Positions 6,318 through 9,613 of a DNA stretch of 9,613 nt are shown in pieces. Each line of letters starts with the position of its first letter. Position 1 is the stretch's first letter. The translations under genes were made by a program, and so were the position numbers. The notes under the pieces were generated by a model. That model searched no databases and had not been told where the DNA came from. It saw only the letters and a list, made by a program, of their open reading frames with translations. The DNA comes from a virus (Duplodnaviria; Heunggongvirae; Uroviricota; Caudoviricetes), in the IMG/VR virus record IMGVR_UViG_2684622670_000011, positions 1 through 9,613 of that record; one strand, written 5' to 3'.

Positions 6318-6723
6318 ATTATCCACCTGATATCATTGGGGTTACACCAGGTAAGTATAGGTGGAAAATCAATATTCGCCAGTTCAACAATAAGGAAAAT
6401 CTCATTGCATCACAACTATAAAACCATGTGTTTAACTCACAAAAAACAAATCATTAAACTAATCTGTTATATTATAATAGCTGCGTGCAATAATAATATT
6501 ATATGCTCTTAATATTCACTTGAAATATCTTCATATAAAAACAGATTGAATAAAATCTTTTGGGGCTGGTATGTTTACCAACATTAAATTGCATCTCAAT
6601 GTTTTCTTTAGCGTGAACAGGATTTTTATAAAAACTGACACTATGAGCATCATAGCGTAGTTTTTACGATTGTAAATATCCTGCATACAGGAACTCATCA
6701 CTTTCAGATGATATCGCATACAG
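6318..6723 (-). promoter_or_regulatory. AT-rich ~400 bp intergenic region upstream of the AppY-like gene (probable promoter and silencing region)
   Basis: Very AT-rich with many TATAAT-like hexamers on both strands and no convincing ORF. Typical of upstream regions of horizontally acquired AraC-family genes. No specific promoter assigned. Confidence 0.3.
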
Positions 6724-7683
6724 TTAATTCACCATCAGTCTTAGAGCCAGTTCTTCCGGATAGGGATCGAAGTAATTCTGTGTAAGCAAGTAATCATTAG
6801 GATACTCACCCAGATAATGCTTCAGCAGAGTCAACGGCGCAAGAAGAGGCAATGTGCCAAAGCGATAGTTAAGTATAACCTCGCTCAACTCTTTACGCTG
6901 GCGTGTACTTAAGTAATTACTAAAATACCCCTGTATATGCATCAGCACATTCGTGTGATTTTTACGTGATGCTGGTTTTCTGAGAATCGCCATCAGATTA
7001 TCACGATACACCTCAAAGTATGATTCAAGGTCCGCCCACTCGTGTATTGCAGCCACAAATGGTCCCATATCTTTATAGCCTGCCTGGCTATGCGCCAACA
7101 ACTGAAGCTTATAACGACTATGAAAAGCTAATAACTCTCTTCTTGATAATTTCTCCTTGTAAAGGTGATTGAGCTCATGCAAAGCAAAAACTCTTTCAAT
7201 AAAATTCTCACGAAGCACTGGATCATGTAATCGCCCATCCTCTTCAACCGGTAGCCAGGAAAACTTTTCCATCAAAGTGCTCGTAAATAGTCCCACTCCA
7301 TCTTTACGACCTCGATTACCATTTTCATCATAGACACGCACGCGCTCCATGCCACAGCTGGGAGATTTAGCACAAACCACAAACCCCGATACATCCTTTA
7401 ATTTGTCCATATAAGAACGACTAAACTCTGTCATTCTCTCTGTCACATCCTCATTCTGGTCGTGGCTGAAACACATCTGTATATTTCCTTGCTTCGAGCG
7501 CACAAGTCGTAGAGCAGGACGCGGAACTGGCAGCCCTATAGCCATTTCCGGACATACTGGTCTGAATGTTACCCATTCCACTAATTTGTCCATTAAAAAG
7601 TCATCTCTTTTGTGACCACCATCAAAACGAACAGCAGAACCGCCCAAACAACCGCTGATCCCAATCACAGGTTTTTTTATCAT
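6724..7683 (-). CDS. Fused DUF523 (TudS-like [4Fe-4S] thio-nucleobase desulfurase) / DUF1722 (YbgA-like) protein
   Basis: 319 aa. N-terminal half has conserved cysteines in DUF523-like spacing (GISGCLGG, RPVCPEM, CAKSPSCG); C-terminal half is helical and YbgA-like. SD GGGGGAGG immediately upstream of the ATG at 7681-7683. Confidence 0.75.
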   Translation of the reverse strand: MIKKPVIGISGCLGGSAVRFDGGHKRDDFLMDKLVEWVTFRPVCPEMAIGLPVPRPALRLVRSKQGNIQMCFSHDQNEDVTERMTEFSRSYMDKLKDVSGFVVCAKSPSCGMERVRVYDENGNRGRKDGVGLFTSTLMEKFSWLPVEEDGRLHDPVLRENFIERVFALHELNHLYKEKLSRRELLAFHSRYKLQLLAHSQAGYKDMGPFVAAIHEWADLESYFEVYRDNLMAILRKPASRKNHTNVLMHIQGYFSNYLSTRQRKELSEVILNYRFGTLPLLAPLTLLKHYLGEYPNDYLLTQNYFDPYPEELALRLMVN

Positions 7684-7875
7684 TTCCTCCCCCTTGACTA
7701 ATTCATTAACACATAAACTTTGTAGTGCACGGACTAAATTGCCTTTCTGGCTTCATCACTGACAATTTTTCTGTTATTGACTATTCCTAATATAGTAGGA
7801 AAGTTCTTTAAGTGATCGGTCGTACTCATCTATCTTTCATACTTACTCTCAACTATCAAAAGTACAGGATTTATT
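7684..7875. promoter_or_regulatory. Divergent intergenic region between the DUF523/DUF1722 gene and the lipocalin gene
   Basis: 192 bp AT-rich spacer between divergently oriented starts; contains TTGACT hexamers (e.g. near 7693 and 7779) but no confidently paired -10 element. Confidence 0.3.
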
Positions 7876-8400
7876 ATGAAGTTATGGCCTGTGTTGACTG
7901 GCATTGCACTCTCTTTCACTCTTATAGCATGTAAGGCCCCGACACCACCTAAAGGTGTGCAGCCGATTACAAATTTTGACGCCAACCGCTACCTCGGAAA
8001 ATGGTATGAAATAGCTCGCCTCGAGAACTGGTTCGAACGTGGTCTGGAACAGGTCAGCGCTACTTATGAAAAACGGAACGACGGAGGGATTCGCGTACTT
8101 AACCGTGGATACGATCCAACGAAAAACAAATGGAGCGAGAGCGAAGGTAAAGCATACTTTACTGGAGATACTAAAACTGCAGCGTTGAAAGTTTCGTTTT
8201 TTGGCCCCTTCTATGGTGGCTATAATGTAATCAAACTGGATGATGAGTATAAGTATGCTCTTGTCAGTGGTCCGAACAGAGAATACCTATGGATTCTGGC
8301 AAGGACCCAAACTATTCCAGATAATGTAAAAGCAGACTATGTGCGTACCGCTCAAAAGTTGGGATTCAATGTCAATGAACTATTATGGGTTAATCAATAA
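7876..8400 (+). CDS. blc: Bacterial lipocalin Blc-like outer-membrane lipoprotein
   Basis: 174 aa. Signal peptide with lipobox LIAC then CKAPTPPKG. NFDANRYLGKWYEIARLENWFERGLEQV, SEGKAYFTGD, ALKVSFFGPFYGGYNVI and YLWILART blocks match E. coli Blc motifs (roughly half or more of residues identical by eye). SD AGGA 6 nt upstream of the ATG. Confidence 0.85.
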   Translation: MKLWPVLTGIALSFTLIACKAPTPPKGVQPITNFDANRYLGKWYEIARLENWFERGLEQVSATYEKRNDGGIRVLNRGYDPTKNKWSESEGKAYFTGDTKTAALKVSFFGPFYGGYNVIKLDDEYKYALVSGPNREYLWILARTQTIPDNVKADYVRTAQKLGFNVNELLWVNQ

Positions 8401-8428
8401 AATCCCCACCCGAAATGATACTTATTAG

Positions 8429-8455
8429 AAAAAAACCAGCCTTTGGGGAGGCTGG
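8429..8455 (-). terminator. Rho-independent terminator downstream of Q (tR'-like)
   Basis: Minus strand: CCAGCCT, loop CCCCAA, AGGCTGG, then T7; about 100 bp downstream of the Q stop. On the plus strand the hairpin is not followed by a T-run, so it is oriented for minus-strand transcripts. Confidence 0.55.
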
Positions 8456-8555
8456 CTAAATCAGGAAACAAGCTGTTATATGATAATAACTACGTTGCGA
8501 TTCCAACATTTAAAATGTTAGACTAATGAAAATCAGACAGCAACTTTTCCTTTAA
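8456..8555 (-). promoter_or_regulatory. Putative late promoter pR' and qut region
   Basis: Position immediately downstream of Q and upstream of the tR'-like terminator matches lambdoid late-control architecture. Candidate hexamers TTGGAA...TATCAT and a near-palindrome AACATTTTAAATGTT (plus-strand coordinates about 8501-8520); exact promoter not resolved. Confidence 0.35.
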
Positions 8556-8933
8556 TTATTTCGAACAATCAGCATCCATCTCCAATCGGAGATCCAACAC
8601 CATCAGCATGCCCTCCACTACGCCCTCAGCTTTCTGGAGCATCCTGCCAACCCAACAATCAGATCGCCCATGCTTACGTGCAAGCGCCATAAAAGTCATG
8701 CCGCCGACATAATAGTCCACCAATAAATCATGTAAATCGCTGTTGTTTTTTTTCAGGCGAGCCATACATTCACAAATGATCATCGCGTCATCGTCACAGC
8801 ATTGCGGACGAGATCTTACTTTTGAAGGAATTAATCCCTTAAAACCGGCGGCAATGGACGACCAGGTCACATCTTCATGATTATTAGCCGCCCATGCCCC
8901 CCAACGCTCAAGAACCATCTGAATATCACGCAT
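8556..8933 (-). CDS. Q: Late-gene antiterminator Q (phage 82 / DLP12 QuuD type)
   Basis: 125 aa from the ATG at 8931-8933 (SD GGAG upstream; the ORF-track start at 8948 is a TTG). [35 protein letters not shown]...[32 protein letters not shown] matches my recollection of E. coli QuuD closely. Confidence 0.85.
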   Translation of the reverse strand: MRDIQMVLERWGAWAANNHEDVTWSSIAAGFKGLIPSKVRSRPQCCDDDAMIICECMARLKKNNSDLHDLLVDYYVGGMTFMALARKHGRSDCWVGRMLQKAEGVVEGMLMVLDLRLEMDADCSK

Positions 8934-8950
8934 CAACTTACTCCACAAAA

Positions 8951-9613
8951 TTAGGCCAGCACACCAATTGCCAGCGCGCGATCGATAAATCGAAAAATCA
9001 GCTCCAGTTGGGAGCCATACTTCTCTTCAAATGCCACGGTATCCGTATGCAACTCGTCGTGATGCTTTCTGCACAAAGGCAACACAAAGAGATCATGTGC
9101 TTTGGTTCCCATTCCGCCCTGCCCGTGACCAATCAGATGATGCGGATCGTCGGCTGGCATACCGCAGCAAGCACACGGCTGTGTCTTAACCCAGCGTGTG
9201 TATTTCTCCTTAACCCAACGGTGACGTTTAGGCAGCTTCATGAAAGATTCCGGAGACTCTGGATCAACGGTGATGCTTACCACCGTCTTTTCCTGTGATG
9301 GGTTTTGTTGCTGGTGGGCGTGAGGCAACGGTGCAAGATTTTTTGTGCGCTGTTTCAATATGCTGGTGGCGGTCTGCTCTCCCGGTACGATGTCGCTTTC
9401 GCGGTACACCGAGCAGTTTTTTTCCGCTGGTAATCCCAGCGAGCGACGTAATACCGCTTCCGGTAACGCGTCCGCCACCTGATTGCGGACCGCCCACCAG
9501 GATAATTCAGCCAGAGATAATTCACGCTCCTGCGTACCGCTTATTGCGTGACCGATGACGTCAATCATCCATGCTGACAGGTTTTGATGAGCAAGTTGCT
9601 CGAGTGATTCGGA
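8951..9613 (-). CDS. nin-region protein with C-terminal Cys/His-rich HNH-like zinc-binding domain; 5' end probably outside the window
   Basis: Reading frame is open from the window edge (no in-frame stop between 9569 and 9613). C-terminal region has CACCG...DDPHHL...CRKHHDELH, a CxxC...HH...CxxH pattern. Sits immediately upstream of Q, where lambdoid phages carry NinG / YbcO / YdfU-type genes. An internal ATG at 9239-9241 would give a 96-aa domain-only product. Confidence 0.5.
   Translation of the reverse strand, partial: SESLEQLAHQNLSAWMIDVIGHAISGTQERELSLAELSWWAVRNQVADALPEAVLRRSLGLPAEKNCSVYRESDIVPGEQTATSILKQRTKNLAPLPHAHQQQNPSQEKTVVSITVDPESPESFMKLPKRHRWVKEKYTRWVKTQPCACCGMPADDPHHLIGHGQGGMGTKAHDLFVLPLCRKHHDELHTDTVAFEEKYGSQLELIFRFIDRALAIGVLA

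Noticed and set aside
6531-6719. 62-aa minus-strand ORF in the AT-rich intergenic region
   Set aside because: AT-rich low-complexity translation and no SD; lies in the likely promoter region of the AppY-like gene.
8894-9558. ORFs 8894-9298 (+), 9264-9497 (-) and 9295-9558 (+)
   Set aside because: Antisense to, or out of frame within, Q and the upstream Cys/His-rich gene; Gly/Arg/Pro-rich compositions typical of shadow frames.
1-9613. CRISPR arrays, IS elements, integrase or att sites
   Set aside because: No regularly spaced direct repeats, no terminal inverted repeats flanking a transposase-like ORF, and no integrase; the window is internal to the prophage.

Overview
This window is the late-gene, lysis and packaging segment of a lambdoid prophage, with nearly all phage genes on the minus strand in canonical lambda order. 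Read from high to low coordinates: a partial nin-region gene with a Cys/His-rich C-terminus, the Q antiterminator (phage 82 / quuD type), a putative pR'/tR' unit, a ~3.1 kb cargo island, an S21-type pinholin, an inserted 183-aa unknown gene plus an antisense 86-aa gene with its own terminator, a GH24 endolysin, an inserted terminator plus 45-aa membrane peptide gene, Rz/Rz1 spanins, a lambda-like cos site with a variant cohesive end, and the terminase small (Nu1-like) and large (gpA-like) subunits. The cargo island carries a Blc-like lipocalin lipoprotein on the plus strand, a fused DUF523/DUF1722 Fe-S protein and an AT-rich AppY-like AraC regulator. I found no rRNA, tRNA, CRISPR array or IS element. 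The most interesting parts are the uncharacterised insertions inside the lysis cassette (4321-5197 and 3492-3786) and the cargo at the Q-S junction, the position where Stx phages carry stx. All homology statements rest on my recollection of reference proteins and on motifs visible in the translations; no database search was run.
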